From positions 40,938-104,937 of the forward strand of contig DATJOJ010000032.1 of NCBI GenBank assembly GCA_035507035.1: a stretch of DNA of 64,000 nt, given 5' to 3'. This DNA comes from Terriglobales bacterium. GTDB taxonomy: Bacteria; Acidobacteriota; Terriglobia; Terriglobales; Acidobacteriaceae. Under the pieces are notes generated by a model. It was not told the origin of the DNA and ran no database searches. It saw nothing but the letters and a program-made list of their open reading frames with translations. A program made the translations under genes and the position numbers. Shown here in pieces: positions 38,608 through 48,356 of this stretch (position 1 is the stretch's first letter; every line of letters begins with the position of its first letter).

Positions 38608-39121
38608 GGCTTACTCCTTCGGCCTGCCAATGTCTGAGCAGTTTTTTGATACGATGCAATTTGGTGGCTACATTCCTGGCACCCAAACCCGTGGTTTCGC
38701 CGATGCTGGCTGCGGTTTCGCCTTCCAGATACAGCAGAACAACCTGGCGGTCCAGCGGTTTGAGCCGATAGATCAATTCCAGAAGCGCCGTGACCGAGAG
38801 CTGCTGATCGGCGTCGAGTCTCCAATTCTGGTGACCAGGGAGATGCTCCACGGCCTCCAGGTCGACAAGCCGGGCCGAAATTCGGCGGCTGCGGACAATG
38901 TGATCGGCGGCTACATTATGCGCGACGCGATACACCCAAGTGCGCAGGCTGCAGCGTTGGTCAAAACTTTTCAGGCTTAGCCAAAGCTCGAGGTGGATCT
39001 CTTGGAGTAAATCCCGTTGTTTCTCTGGGTCAGCCTCGTACGCCCGCGCGAGACGCTGGAGCGCACCGCCGGACTCAGCAACAGCTTGGCTGTACATGTC
39101 GTTTTGTTGAGCCCGATGCAA
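38594..39121 (-). CDS. ECF-type RNA polymerase sigma factor
   Basis: Region 2 (DLLQEIHLELWLSLKSFDQRCSLRTWVYRVAHNVAADH) and region 4 (LKPLDRQVVLLYLEGETAASIGETTGLGARNVATKLHRIKK). Confidence 0.85.
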   Translation of the reverse strand: MHRAQQNDMYSQAVAESGGALQRLARAYEADPEKQRDLLQEIHLELWLSLKSFDQRCSLRTWVYRVAHNVAADHIVRSRRISARLVDLEAVEHLPGHQNWRLDADQQLSVTALLELIYRLKPLDRQVVLLYLEGETAASIGETTGLGARNVATKLHRIKKLLRHWQAEGVSHDTK

Positions 39122-39377
39122 GAGCCTATTTTTCAGCCTCCCGATAAAGGTAGTCTTTCAGAGCGCGCTCTTTCTTACATCGCCAAAGAAACGGAGGCGG
39201 GAACAACCCCACTCAAGCCAGAACCGAGCTTGAGTGAGGCCGCCCTCCCCCGTTTTGTTCACCTGCGAGTGGGACAACAACAGGCAGCCGCGAGGCCGCC
39301 CAGAAGATAAGAACGATCGATAAAGGCAGGCCAGGGTAATTTTCTCCGAATATTTAACCTACAGGCTAACTATTTTC

Positions 39378-39407
39378 TTGACATTGCCAATTTCCCCATC
39401 GTACATT
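39378..39407 (+). promoter_or_regulatory. Sigma-70-like promoter of the ArsR operon (TTGACA-18 nt-TACATT)
   Basis: TTGACA at 39378-39383 and TACATT at 39402-39407. The -10 element ends 2 nt before the ORF-track GTG start, which implies a leaderless mRNA or a downstream start. Confidence 0.4.
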
Positions 39408-39409
39408 GT

Positions 39410-39772
39410 GTGACGTTTAACGTCGTGGTTAACAATCGACAAAGAATTACCCGGGTTTTTGCGGCGCTGGCGGATCCGACGCGGCGGCAGATTGTGCAGC
39501 GTCTATCGCAGCAGGGCGAGATTCGTGTTACCACGCTGGCCAAACCCTTTCGCATGTCGTTGCCGGCAATATCGCGGCATCTGCGTGTGCTCGAGAAAGC
39601 CCGGTTGATCAAACGTCATCGACGAGGGCGCGAGCACCTGATTCAGCCTTATGCCGCGGGCCTGGAAGATGCCCGCAAGTGGATTGCACAGTGCGCCGCG
39701 GGTTGGGAATCTGCTTTTGACAACCTCGACGCACTACTCAAGATCGCCCAGGAAAAAGGGAGGATGCAATGA
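39410..39772 (+). CDS. ArsR/SmtB-family transcriptional regulator
   Basis: FAALADPTRRQIVQRLSQQGEIRVTTLAKPFRMSLPAISRHLRVLEKARLI is the canonical ArsR wHTH. Confidence 0.85.
   Translation: MTFNVVVNNRQRITRVFAALADPTRRQIVQRLSQQGEIRVTTLAKPFRMSLPAISRHLRVLEKARLIKRHRRGREHLIQPYAAGLEDARKWIAQCAAGWESAFDNLDALLKIAQEKGRMQ
39412..39424. promoter_or_regulatory. 13-bp perfect palindrome GACGTTtAACGTC, candidate ArsR-family operator
   Basis: Read directly. It lies immediately downstream of the -10 element. A GTTAAC palindrome follows at 39428-39433. Confidence 0.4.
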
Positions 39773-40227
39773 AATCCGAAATCAAAGTTGGCGACAACCG
39801 GCTGGAAATTATGCGTATTTTTGACGCTCCCCGGCAGTTGGTGTTTTCCTTCTGGAAGCAGCTACAAAACCTCGAACAGTGGTGGGGTTGCAAAGACACA
39901 ACCAGCGTGGCATGCGAGATGGACTTCCGCGTGGGCGGATTCTTCACCTGTGTCATGCAGATCAAGGGAGCGGGCGAATTTACCTACAAGGCCCAATACG
40001 ACGAAATTGTGGAACCTGCAAGAATCGCTTACCATGCCGACTTCGGCCCGATCACAACCCGGGTCGTCGTGGAGTTCATCGATCTCGGCGCGCAAACGAA
40101 GATGGTTCTGACCCAAGTTGGATTCCCCTCGGACGATATTTGCAAGACAGTGTCGCGGGGCACCAACGAGGGGTTCGACAAGTTGGAGGCTTTGCTGAAC
40201 GCTGAACTTGCTGCCCATACGGCATGA
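39769..40227 (+). CDS. SRPBCC-superfamily protein (AHSA1/START-like)
   Basis: LEIMRIFDAPRQLVFSFWKQLQNLEQWW... is a typical AHSA1-like N-terminus. 4-nt overlap with arsR, which is a common pairing. Confidence 0.75.
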   Translation: MKSEIKVGDNRLEIMRIFDAPRQLVFSFWKQLQNLEQWWGCKDTTSVACEMDFRVGGFFTCVMQIKGAGEFTYKAQYDEIVEPARIAYHADFGPITTRVVVEFIDLGAQTKMVLTQVGFPSDDICKTVSRGTNEGFDKLEALLNAELAAHTA

Positions 40228-40661
40228 TTCGAGAGAACCGCATGAACATTTCGCGCGTGATTCTGGCAACTCTCGGAGGCTTCGCGGCTTACTTCGTTCT
40301 CGGCGGGCTGACGTTTGTCGCATTGCCTTCACTGAAAAGCGAATTCTTAAAGTACCCAGCGGTATATCGGCCAGCTGAGGGGATCAAGAGCACCATGCCG
40401 CTGGGTATGGCCGCAATGTTGATTTCAATCTTTGCACTCGCGATCTTGTACGCTTTCGCATATCAGGAAGGCTCGGGCCTAGTTGAGGGTGCGAGATTCG
40501 GGGCACTGATCGGACTCTTCGCAATTGGGGCTTTCGTGGTGCACAACTACGTCAATCTGAACATCGGATTGGCTCTGACTGTGCAGCAGGCCGTAGCCTA
40601 CTTCGTGGAATGGACGATCACCGGGTTGGTGATTGGATTGATCTACCGGCCAGCGAGGTGA
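40224..40661 (+). CDS. Small integral membrane protein (about 4 TM), possibly DUF1761-like
   Basis: ATGA overlap with the upstream gene. Hydrophobic segments throughout. The family call is uncertain. Confidence 0.5.
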   Translation: MIRENRMNISRVILATLGGFAAYFVLGGLTFVALPSLKSEFLKYPAVYRPAEGIKSTMPLGMAAMLISIFALAILYAFAYQEGSGLVEGARFGALIGLFAIGAFVVHNYVNLNIGLALTVQQAVAYFVEWTITGLVIGLIYRPAR

Positions 40662-40744
40662 GGAAACCTAGGGAGAACCTGGGGAGGAAAACGCTTTGAC
40701 GGTTATCAAAACGAATTTCAGCGGTCGGCGGTAAGCTAGTAAGT

Positions 40745-41446
40745 ATGTTTCACGACGGAATAGCGGAAATTGCCGGTCTGGTTGGTGACGAGACGCGATC
40801 CCGAACGCTGGTAGCTCTCATGGATGGGCATGCATTACCTGCGGGGGAACTCGCGCGCTTGTCAAACGTGTCTGCTGGAACGATTAGTTCTCATCTTTCA
40901 AAGCTGGTCAAAGGCGGCCTGCTGAAAGCGGAAGCACAAGGAAAACACCGCTATTACCGGCTCGCAGGGCCGAAGGTCGCAACCTTGCTAGAGACTTTTG
41001 GAACGCTGGTGCGGCTGCCGGATGTCACGACGCCGAATCCGAGGGTTCCCGGCGATTTGCGTTATGCCCGAACCTGTTATAGCCATCTCGCGGGCTATCT
41101 CGCGGTAGAACTCAACAAAGCCGCGATAGAGCGAAAATATTGGATAGCTTCGCGATCCATGGGGAACAAAGGCTACAACATCACCGATGAAGGCCAAGTC
41201 TGGCTGAAATCGATCGGGATTGGGACACTGCGAAAACATGGCGGACGGGGCTTTGCCCGTGCATGTCTGGATTGGTCAGAGCGCCGACATCACTTGGCGG
41301 GAGAGTTGGGGTCGTTGTTGCTAGGCCAATTTCTGGAGTTGAAATGGTTGGCTAGAATCGAAGGAACACGCGCAATTCGCGTCACCCATCGCGGACATGA
41401 GGCGTTCAGCAAGCAGCTGGGAATAACGACGGCCAGCGCAAAGTAG
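40745..41446 (+). CDS. Winged-helix (ArsR-like) transcriptional regulator with C-terminal extension
   Basis: N-terminal LVGDETRSRTLVALMDGHALPAGELARLSNVSAGTISSHLSKLVKGGLL wHTH. Confidence 0.65.
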   Translation: MFHDGIAEIAGLVGDETRSRTLVALMDGHALPAGELARLSNVSAGTISSHLSKLVKGGLLKAEAQGKHRYYRLAGPKVATLLETFGTLVRLPDVTTPNPRVPGDLRYARTCYSHLAGYLAVELNKAAIERKYWIASRSMGNKGYNITDEGQVWLKSIGIGTLRKHGGRGFARACLDWSERRHHLAGELGSLLLGQFLELKWLARIEGTRAIRVTHRGHEAFSKQLGITTASAK

Positions 41447-41557
41447 CGCGGATCGCCGGAGACAGACGGAACGTTCCCCAGGTTTCCATTGCTATTCCCT
41501 TCGTCCGGCGCATAAAATCCTCATTTAATAGACTTACTTCATTCGCCTCGAGGACGA

Positions 41558-42091
41558 TTGAAAAAAATCACGGCCATTTATCCCGGCTCCTTTGATCCAC
41601 CCACCAAGGGTCATCTGGACCTGATCGCGCGGGGTAGCAAGATCTTCTCAACCCTAATTGTGGCTATCTTGCGCAATCCGGAGAAAGCGCCGCTGTTCAG
41701 TCTGGCAGAGCGCCGGCTGATGCTCGAAACGTTGACCGAGGGGTTCAAGAACGTGCGCGTCGATTCCTTCGACGGATTGACGGTGGAATACGGGGCGCAG
41801 GTCAAGGCGACGGCGGTGCTGCGCGGGATTCGCGCTATCAGCGATTATGAGTACGAACTGCAAATGGCGCTGATGAACCGCAAGCTTCAGCCCGATCTGG
41901 AGACGGTTTTTATGATGCCGGCCGAGCAGTTTTCTTACATCAGCTCGAAGCTGGTACGAGAGGTCGCGCAACTAGGGGCGTCGGTGAAGGATCTGGTTCC
42001 AGAAATAGTGGAACAAAGGTTGCGCGAAAAGCTCGACCCGGCGATTAAACTGGAACATGCAAGAGAAACGAAGACGAGGAAAAGAGCATGA
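41558..42091 (+). CDS. coaD: Phosphopantetheine adenylyltransferase
   Basis: KKITAIYPGSFDPPTKGHLDLI (T/HxGH motif) and ISSKLVREV. TTG start. Confidence 0.9.
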   Translation: MKKITAIYPGSFDPPTKGHLDLIARGSKIFSTLIVAILRNPEKAPLFSLAERRLMLETLTEGFKNVRVDSFDGLTVEYGAQVKATAVLRGIRAISDYEYELQMALMNRKLQPDLETVFMMPAEQFSYISSKLVREVAQLGASVKDLVPEIVEQRLREKLDPAIKLEHARETKTRKRA

Positions 42092-43290
42092 CTCCTGTGA
42101 CCGAAGCAAGCCACGCGTTGAAACTCACGGACCGGATTAATCGCATTGAGCCTTCCGCCACATTGATGGTGGTGAACGAAGCGGACAAGCTGCGTGCGCA
42201 GGGCGTGGACGTGGTGGATTTCGGAGCGGGCGAGCCGCATTTCGCCACGCCGCAACATATAAAAGATGCCGCGATCGCGGCGATCCAGGGGAATTTCACG
42301 AAGTACACGCCGGTGGGCGGAACGGCGGAGCTACGCGATGCAATTGTGCATCGTCATGCCGTGGATTTCGATTCGGATTACCGGCGCGAGGAAGTCATCG
42401 CTTCCACAGGCGGAAAACACGCATTGTTTAATGCAATCCAGGTGCTGGTCGATCATGGCGATGAGGTGATTTTGCCGGTTCCCTACTGGGTTTCGTTCAA
42501 GGATATCGTGCGCTATGCAGGCGGCGAGTGCGTGCTGCTGGAGACAGACGAGAGTCAGGGTTTCCGCGTTACGGCGGAGATGATCGAACGGCTGATCACG
42601 CCGCGCACGAAGCTGATTATTCTGAATTCTCCCTGCAATCCCTCGGGCGCGGTGATGAGCGAAGAGGACATGCGGGAGGTGGTTGGAAGGGCCAACGAGC
42701 GCGGGATTTGGGTCATCTCAGACGAATGCTATGTGTACCTTAATTACACAGGAAAACGGTTTTCGGTGGGAGCGCTGCGCGAATTTCGCGAGCGCACGGT
42801 GATTGTGGGCTCGCTTTCGAAAACCTATGCGATGACTGGCTGGCGATTGGGATATGCGCTGGGACCGGCGCCGGTGGTGAGCGCCATGTTGAAGCTGCAA
42901 AGCCAATCCACTTCGAATCCAACTTCGATCGTGCAGAAGGCGGCGGTTGCGGCGCTAAAAGGGCCCCAGCAATGCATCGCTGACATGCGAGCTGAGTACA
43001 TTAAGCTGCGGGACCACGTGGTCCATGGGCTACGGAAGCTCCCCGGGGTACGGTGCACGTTGCCGGGCGGCGCTTTCTACGCATATCCGAATGTATCGGC
43101 GGTCTTTGGACGGAGCGGAGTGAATTCGGCTTCTGATCTCGCCGGCAGACTGTTGCGGGAGGCTCATGTGGCGACCGTTCCCGGAGAAGGATTCGGAACC
43201 CGCGATCACATTCGCGTTTCCTACGCCACCTCGATGGCCGAGCTCGACCGCGGCCTGGAGCGCATGGGCAAGTTCCTGGCTGCTTTGTGA
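42088..43290 (+). CDS. Class I pyridoxal-phosphate-dependent aminotransferase (aspartate aminotransferase-like)
   Basis: NSPCNPSGAV, and SLSKTYAMTGWRLGY with the PLP lysine. 4-nt overlap with coaD. Confidence 0.85.
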   Translation: MTPVTEASHALKLTDRINRIEPSATLMVVNEADKLRAQGVDVVDFGAGEPHFATPQHIKDAAIAAIQGNFTKYTPVGGTAELRDAIVHRHAVDFDSDYRREEVIASTGGKHALFNAIQVLVDHGDEVILPVPYWVSFKDIVRYAGGECVLLETDESQGFRVTAEMIERLITPRTKLIILNSPCNPSGAVMSEEDMREVVGRANERGIWVISDECYVYLNYTGKRFSVGALREFRERTVIVGSLSKTYAMTGWRLGYALGPAPVVSAMLKLQSQSTSNPTSIVQKAAVAALKGPQQCIADMRAEYIKLRDHVVHGLRKLPGVRCTLPGGAFYAYPNVSAVFGRSGVNSASDLAGRLLREAHVATVPGEGFGTRDHIRVSYATSMAELDRGLERMGKFLAAL

Positions 43291-43363
43291 AGAGGTTTCG
43301 CAGTTGCCGTGCTGCGTTTTCTGGGTGCGCGTCATCTAACAGACCCGGTCTATCCTGCGCCGC

Positions 43364-44365
43364 ATGAGCGATCTCTACCCATTATTAATGTCTCCGGCGT
43401 TTGACCCGCGCCCGTGGGGGACGCTGGATTTATCGCCCATTTACCCCAACCACCGATTTGAAGAGAAGATCGGCGAGGCTTGGCTCACGGGTGATAACTG
43501 CCAGGTGGCAAATGGTCCGCTACGTGGGAAATCGCTGAGTGAATTGGCAGCGCAGTATGGACGCGAACTGGTCGGCGAGGCAGCGAGAGATCCGAAGCGA
43601 TTTCCGCTGCTGGTGAAATTTCTTTTTCCCCACGAAAAGCTGTCGGTGCAGGTGCATCCAGATGATGAAGCGGCGAAGCGTTTTGGCGAGCCGTGGGGAA
43701 AGACAGAGTGCTGGTACGTTGCGCACGCCAAGCCGGGGTCACAGGTCGCGCTGGGGTTGAGAGCGGGAGTCACTAAGGCACAATTTGAGGAAGCGATTCA
43801 CCAGCAACGCGCTGAAGAGTTGCTGCACTGGATCAAGGTTTTTCCTGGCGACATGATTTACGTGACCGGGGGAACGGTGCACACGCTTGGGCCGGGACCG
43901 ATCCTGGTCGAAACGCAACAGCAGTCTGATACGACATTTCGGTTGTACGATTATGGCCGGCCCAGAAAGTTGCATCTTGCGGAAGGGCTTTCGGTGATGA
44001 AGGAGCAAGTGCGATCGGGAAAAGTGATTCGTCCTGCACCGCGAGATATTACGGGGACGAAAAATCGGCTGGCGCCACTGGTGAGTTCGCCCTGCTTCCA
44101 AGTGGAGATGTATGAGCTGAAGCAGCCGCAGGAATTTCGGACTGCCGATGAAAGCGGAAAGGGCTCGGCGCAGATTCTGGTTGCGATTGAGGGATGCGCC
44201 GCGGTTGAAATCGCTGGGAGGGAAGCCGTGACCCTGGCAAAGGGGGATGCCGTCGTCATTCCAGCGAGCTTTGACGAGTTCTGTGTACGACCGCAGTGGT
44301 CGGTGGAGTTGCTGAAATCGTCGGTGCCGGGACGCGATGTTCCGGAACCTGAGACGAGGATTTAA
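43364..44365 (+). CDS. manA: Type I phosphomannose isomerase
   Basis: GEAWL...FPLLVKFLFPHEKLSVQVHPDD (metal-binding motif) and GTVHTLGPG. Confidence 0.8.
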   Translation: MSDLYPLLMSPAFDPRPWGTLDLSPIYPNHRFEEKIGEAWLTGDNCQVANGPLRGKSLSELAAQYGRELVGEAARDPKRFPLLVKFLFPHEKLSVQVHPDDEAAKRFGEPWGKTECWYVAHAKPGSQVALGLRAGVTKAQFEEAIHQQRAEELLHWIKVFPGDMIYVTGGTVHTLGPGPILVETQQQSDTTFRLYDYGRPRKLHLAEGLSVMKEQVRSGKVIRPAPRDITGTKNRLAPLVSSPCFQVEMYELKQPQEFRTADESGKGSAQILVAIEGCAAVEIAGREAVTLAKGDAVVIPASFDEFCVRPQWSVELLKSSVPGRDVPEPETRI

Positions 44366-44535
44366 AATCGAAGGCGCATTTTAATAGTGGTTCGGATTAG
44401 TTCGGAAGCGAGCCGAACGCGCGAATGTGGCGTCGCAAAGAACGCGACACTTCGCGCGGCTCGTCCAGATTCTTCGCAGCGCAAAAAAGGCTTGCTTCAG
44501 GATGACAAAAGCAAGCACGTAACTTTCCTATAACC

Positions 44536-45645
44536 TTGGCCAAAACGAAATCCAATTTCTATCCGGTCATTTTAGCGGGCGGGCGCGGAACGCGCTTTTG
44601 GCCGCTGAGCCGCAAGCGGAAGGCGAAGCAACTGCTGGCACTCGATGGCAAGCAGACCATGATCCAACTGACGGTCTCGCGGTTGCTGCCGCTGGCCCCG
44701 GCAAAGAGTTTTTGGGTGATCACGAATGGAGATCTGCAGCGCGAGGTCGTGCGTCAGCTTCCGCGAGTGAGCAAGAAACAGATTATCGCTGAGCCGGTAG
44801 GCAGAAACACTGCGCCGGCGATCGGACTGGCTGCGTTCATTTTGCTGCACAGCGATCCGTCGGCCGTGATTGGAATGTTTCCGTCGGATCACGTGGTGGG
44901 CGATGCGGATTCCTTCCGGCAAACGCTGAATGAGGCGGTTGAAATTGCTCAATCCGGGGAGAACATCGTCGTGCTGGGAATCCGGCCGACGCGAGTCGAA
45001 ACCGGATATGGATACATTGAAGCGGGCGAGATTGCAGGGAATGCGTTGCGGGTGCGGCGATTCACTGAGAAGCCGGACGCAAAGCAGGCCGAAGGATTTC
45101 TTTCCGCCGGAAACTACTATTGGAACAGCGGAATGTTTATCTGGAGTGCACAGACGCTGGCCAATGCGCTGCAGGAGCACTTGCCGAAGACGGCGGGTTT
45201 GTTGCAAGAAATTGCGGCCAGTTTTGCCACGAGAAAGTTCGACTCCACCTTTCGGCGGCTTTATCCCAAATGCGAAAACATCAGCGTCGATTACGCGATC
45301 CTGGAACCGCGATCCGCGAAGGGCGAGCAATCCTCGAAAATCCTCTGTTTGCCTGCTGATTTCGGCTGGAATGACCTGGGATCGTGGACAGCGCTGCACG
45401 AGCACTTGCTATTGAAAAGCAAAGCTGCTGACGGCAACGTGATCTCGGGAGCAGGCATCTTTAGCCTGAATGCGGAGGGCAATTACGTTCACGCGCCGAA
45501 TAAATTCGTCGCGGTGGTCGGAGTAAAAGATGTCGTCGTCGTTGAGACCGACGATGCCCTGCTCATCACGACGCGCGAGCGCGCACAGGATGTTGGCAAA
45601 GTCGTGAAATATCTGGATGAGAAAAAACTGACCAAGCTCGTTTAA
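44536..45645 (+). CDS. manC: Mannose-1-phosphate guanylyltransferase
   Basis: YPVILAGGRGTRFWPLSRK nucleotidyltransferase motif, GYGYIE, and YYWNSGMFIW. TTG start. Confidence 0.85.
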   Translation: MAKTKSNFYPVILAGGRGTRFWPLSRKRKAKQLLALDGKQTMIQLTVSRLLPLAPAKSFWVITNGDLQREVVRQLPRVSKKQIIAEPVGRNTAPAIGLAAFILLHSDPSAVIGMFPSDHVVGDADSFRQTLNEAVEIAQSGENIVVLGIRPTRVETGYGYIEAGEIAGNALRVRRFTEKPDAKQAEGFLSAGNYYWNSGMFIWSAQTLANALQEHLPKTAGLLQEIAASFATRKFDSTFRRLYPKCENISVDYAILEPRSAKGEQSSKILCLPADFGWNDLGSWTALHEHLLLKSKAADGNVISGAGIFSLNAEGNYVHAPNKFVAVVGVKDVVVVETDDALLITTRERAQDVGKVVKYLDEKKLTKLV

Positions 45646-45654
45646 GAAAGATCG

Positions 45655-47073
45655 ATGACAGTTCCCATTAAATTCGGAACGGATGGCTGGCGCGGTGTAA
45701 TCGCCGATGACTTCACGTATGAGAATGTGCGCCGCGTGGTCTCTGCGATTGCGGCATACGTTCTAAAGCACGAAGACGCCAGCCGGACTGTAATCGTCGG
45801 TTACGACACGCGTTTCGCGTCGCCGCAAGTTGCGCGCTTGGCCTCGGAGGTGCTGGCCGGTGCTGGCATTCCGGTAAAACTGGCGCAGGATTACACGCCT
45901 ACGCCGGCAATCTCCCTGGCGGTGAAAACTCGTGGAGCGGCTGGCGGAGTCGTGATAACGTCCAGCCACAATCCCTGGAACTGGAATGGAGTGAAGTATA
46001 AGGGCAGCTTTGGCGGTTCGGCGACCATGAAGATCATGCGAGTGATCGAAGAACAGTTGCTCGCTGGAACCACGCCGAACGGGCGCAGAGCGGTGATAGA
46101 GGAAGTCGACTTTAAGGCTCCCTACGCCGAAAAGATCTGCCAGTTTGCCGATCTCGGGATAATTTCGAAGGCTAAATTCAAACTCGCGATTGACTCGATG
46201 TATGGTTCCGGTCGCGGAGTGCTCACAAAAATCTTCAGCGATCACGGCATCGAGCACGTGGCGATTCGGCAGGAATTGAATCCACTATTCCCGGGGATCA
46301 ATCCGGAACCAATTGAGCCCAACCTGGCTTTGCTTCAGCAAACCGTGCTGAAAGAAGGCTGCCATGCCGGGCTTGCGACCGACGGCGATGCGGACCGCAT
46401 TGGTGCAGTGGCTGAGGACGGCAACTTTGTTGACTCGCACAAAATCTTCTCGGTCCTGCTGCGCTGGCTGCTGGAGAGAAAGAAGTGGCCTGGAGACGTG
46501 GTACGGGCATTTAACACGACGCGAATGCTGGACCGCATCGCCAAGAAATATGGTCGTGAGTTGATCGAGTGTCCCATCGGATTCAAGTATGTCGCGGATC
46601 TCATGATGGAGCGGGAGATTCTGATTGGTGGGGAGGAATCGGGCGGGATTGGCTATTCACGATTTTTGCCGGAACGCGATGGCATTTTGAATTCTCTTCT
46701 GCTGGCCAATGTCATGGCAGAAGAAAAGAAGCCGCTAGGGGAATTGGTCGCCGATCTGCAAAGAGAGTTCGGCGAGCACTACTATGGAAGGCTCGATCTG
46801 CACATTTCTGACGATGTGAAACAGAAGGCCATTCAGCGAGCTGGAGAAGATAGCACCCAGCGGCTGGGAGCTTACTCCATTGTTAAGAAGGAAAATCTCG
46901 ATGGAGTGAAGCTTTTCCTCGATGCGCCGACGAATGGGCATGGTGCCGAGGCCTGGGTACTGCTGCGCGCCTCGGGAACGGAGCCGTTGCTACGCATTTA
47001 TTCGGAGGCGGCCTCGAAGGAGTTGGTCAGCGAGATTCTTGCCAGCGCGGAGAAGTTCGTTGAGAGCTCTTAG
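45655..47073 (+). CDS. Phosphomannomutase/phosphoglucomutase
   Basis: Phosphoserine loop ITSSHNPWNWNG, Mg site ATDGDADRIG, sugar loop GGEESGG. Confidence 0.88.
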   Translation: MTVPIKFGTDGWRGVIADDFTYENVRRVVSAIAAYVLKHEDASRTVIVGYDTRFASPQVARLASEVLAGAGIPVKLAQDYTPTPAISLAVKTRGAAGGVVITSSHNPWNWNGVKYKGSFGGSATMKIMRVIEEQLLAGTTPNGRRAVIEEVDFKAPYAEKICQFADLGIISKAKFKLAIDSMYGSGRGVLTKIFSDHGIEHVAIRQELNPLFPGINPEPIEPNLALLQQTVLKEGCHAGLATDGDADRIGAVAEDGNFVDSHKIFSVLLRWLLERKKWPGDVVRAFNTTRMLDRIAKKYGRELIECPIGFKYVADLMMEREILIGGEESGGIGYSRFLPERDGILNSLLLANVMAEEKKPLGELVADLQREFGEHYYGRLDLHISDDVKQKAIQRAGEDSTQRLGAYSIVKKENLDGVKLFLDAPTNGHGAEAWVLLRASGTEPLLRIYSEAASKELVSEILASAEKFVESS

Positions 47074-47197
47074 GCGCAGAGTGCGCCAAGGTTGAAGGAT
47101 TCGGGGAGAACGCGGAGGCGAGCTGCGGCATGGGCAGGTTATTTTCGCGATCCAATTTCGCGTTTCTCGGCGGGTGGTGCAATAATTCATACTAAAG

Positions 47198-48355
47198 ATG
47201 AACTCCCCCTCATCTACCCTGGAATTGCCGAAGGATTCGCCAGACGCACGGCGCTATAACCGCGTCCACCGGTGGCTGGGAATCACCGACTTTGTCCTTG
47301 GTCTCGCATTCCTGATCGTGCTTCTGGCAACTGGCTGGAATGGAACCTTGCGCGATGCCGCTTACCAGGCCTCGTTCCAGACCTACTCACTGGCAGTTTT
47401 TCTATATGTGCTGATGTTGATGGTGATCGGAAAACTGCTCGGTTCGCCGTTGGATTATTACGGTTTCCGGCTGGAGCATCGCTACAACCTGTCGAATCAA
47501 AAGGTGCGTTCCTGGCTGTGGGACGAAACCAAGGGATTTCTGGTTGGGCTGGTACTGGGAGCCATCGTCGTCGAGCTGTTGTATTTCGTGATCCGCCAGG
47601 CTCCGCAATATTGGTGGCTGATCTGCTGGGCGGCGTTTCTGGGATTATTCGTGCTGATTGCGCAACTGGCGCCGGTGGTATTGTTCCCGATCTTCTATAA
47701 GTTTGAGCCTTTACAGGACGAAAACCTCAAGTCACGATTGGTGACGCTGAGCGAGCGAGCGGGAACGCGAGTGCGCGGCGTATACAAGTGGAATTTGTCG
47801 GAAAAGAGCAAGAAGGCGAACGCGGCACTGACCGGCCTGGGAAACACGCGAAGAATTATTCTCGCGGACACCTTGCTGGAGAATTATTCGCCGGACGAGA
47901 TCGAAGCCGTGCTGGCGCATGAACTCGGTCATCACGTTCACAAACACATTCTTAAGAGCATTGCGGTGCAGGCTGGGATTACGTTTATGGGATTTTGGGC
48001 TGCGAATTGGGTGCTTCACTATGCCATGGAGCGCTGGCACATCTTCGATCAGCTCTCGGATTTCGCGAACCTGCCGCTGCTGGTGCTGGTTTCCACTTTG
48101 CTGGGCTTTCTTTTGATGCCCGCGCTCAATGCATTTTCGCGCTTCAACGAGCGGCAGGCCGACCGCTACGCGTTCCAATCGATTGCCAGCGTGAGGCCGT
48201 TTATTTCTTCGATGAATAAGCTGGCCGATCAGAATCTGGCAGAGCGAGAACCGTCACAATGGGTGGAGTGGTTTTTCCATTCGCACCCGGCGATTTCGCG
48301 GCGCGTGGCCGCAGCGGAGAATTGGGCAAAGAGCCCGGCCAAAGCCGGCGGATAG
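47198..48355 (+). CDS. M48-family zinc metallopeptidase (Ste24/HtpX-like), membrane-bound
   Basis: HELGHHVH (HExxH) in a multi-TM protein of Ste24-like size and topology. Confidence 0.8.
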   Translation: MNSPSSTLELPKDSPDARRYNRVHRWLGITDFVLGLAFLIVLLATGWNGTLRDAAYQASFQTYSLAVFLYVLMLMVIGKLLGSPLDYYGFRLEHRYNLSNQKVRSWLWDETKGFLVGLVLGAIVVELLYFVIRQAPQYWWLICWAAFLGLFVLIAQLAPVVLFPIFYKFEPLQDENLKSRLVTLSERAGTRVRGVYKWNLSEKSKKANAALTGLGNTRRIILADTLLENYSPDEIEAVLAHELGHHVHKHILKSIAVQAGITFMGFWAANWVLHYAMERWHIFDQLSDFANLPLLVLVSTLLGFLLMPALNAFSRFNERQADRYAFQSIASVRPFISSMNKLADQNLAEREPSQWVEWFFHSHPAISRRVAAAENWAKSPAKAGG

Positions 48356-48356
48356 A

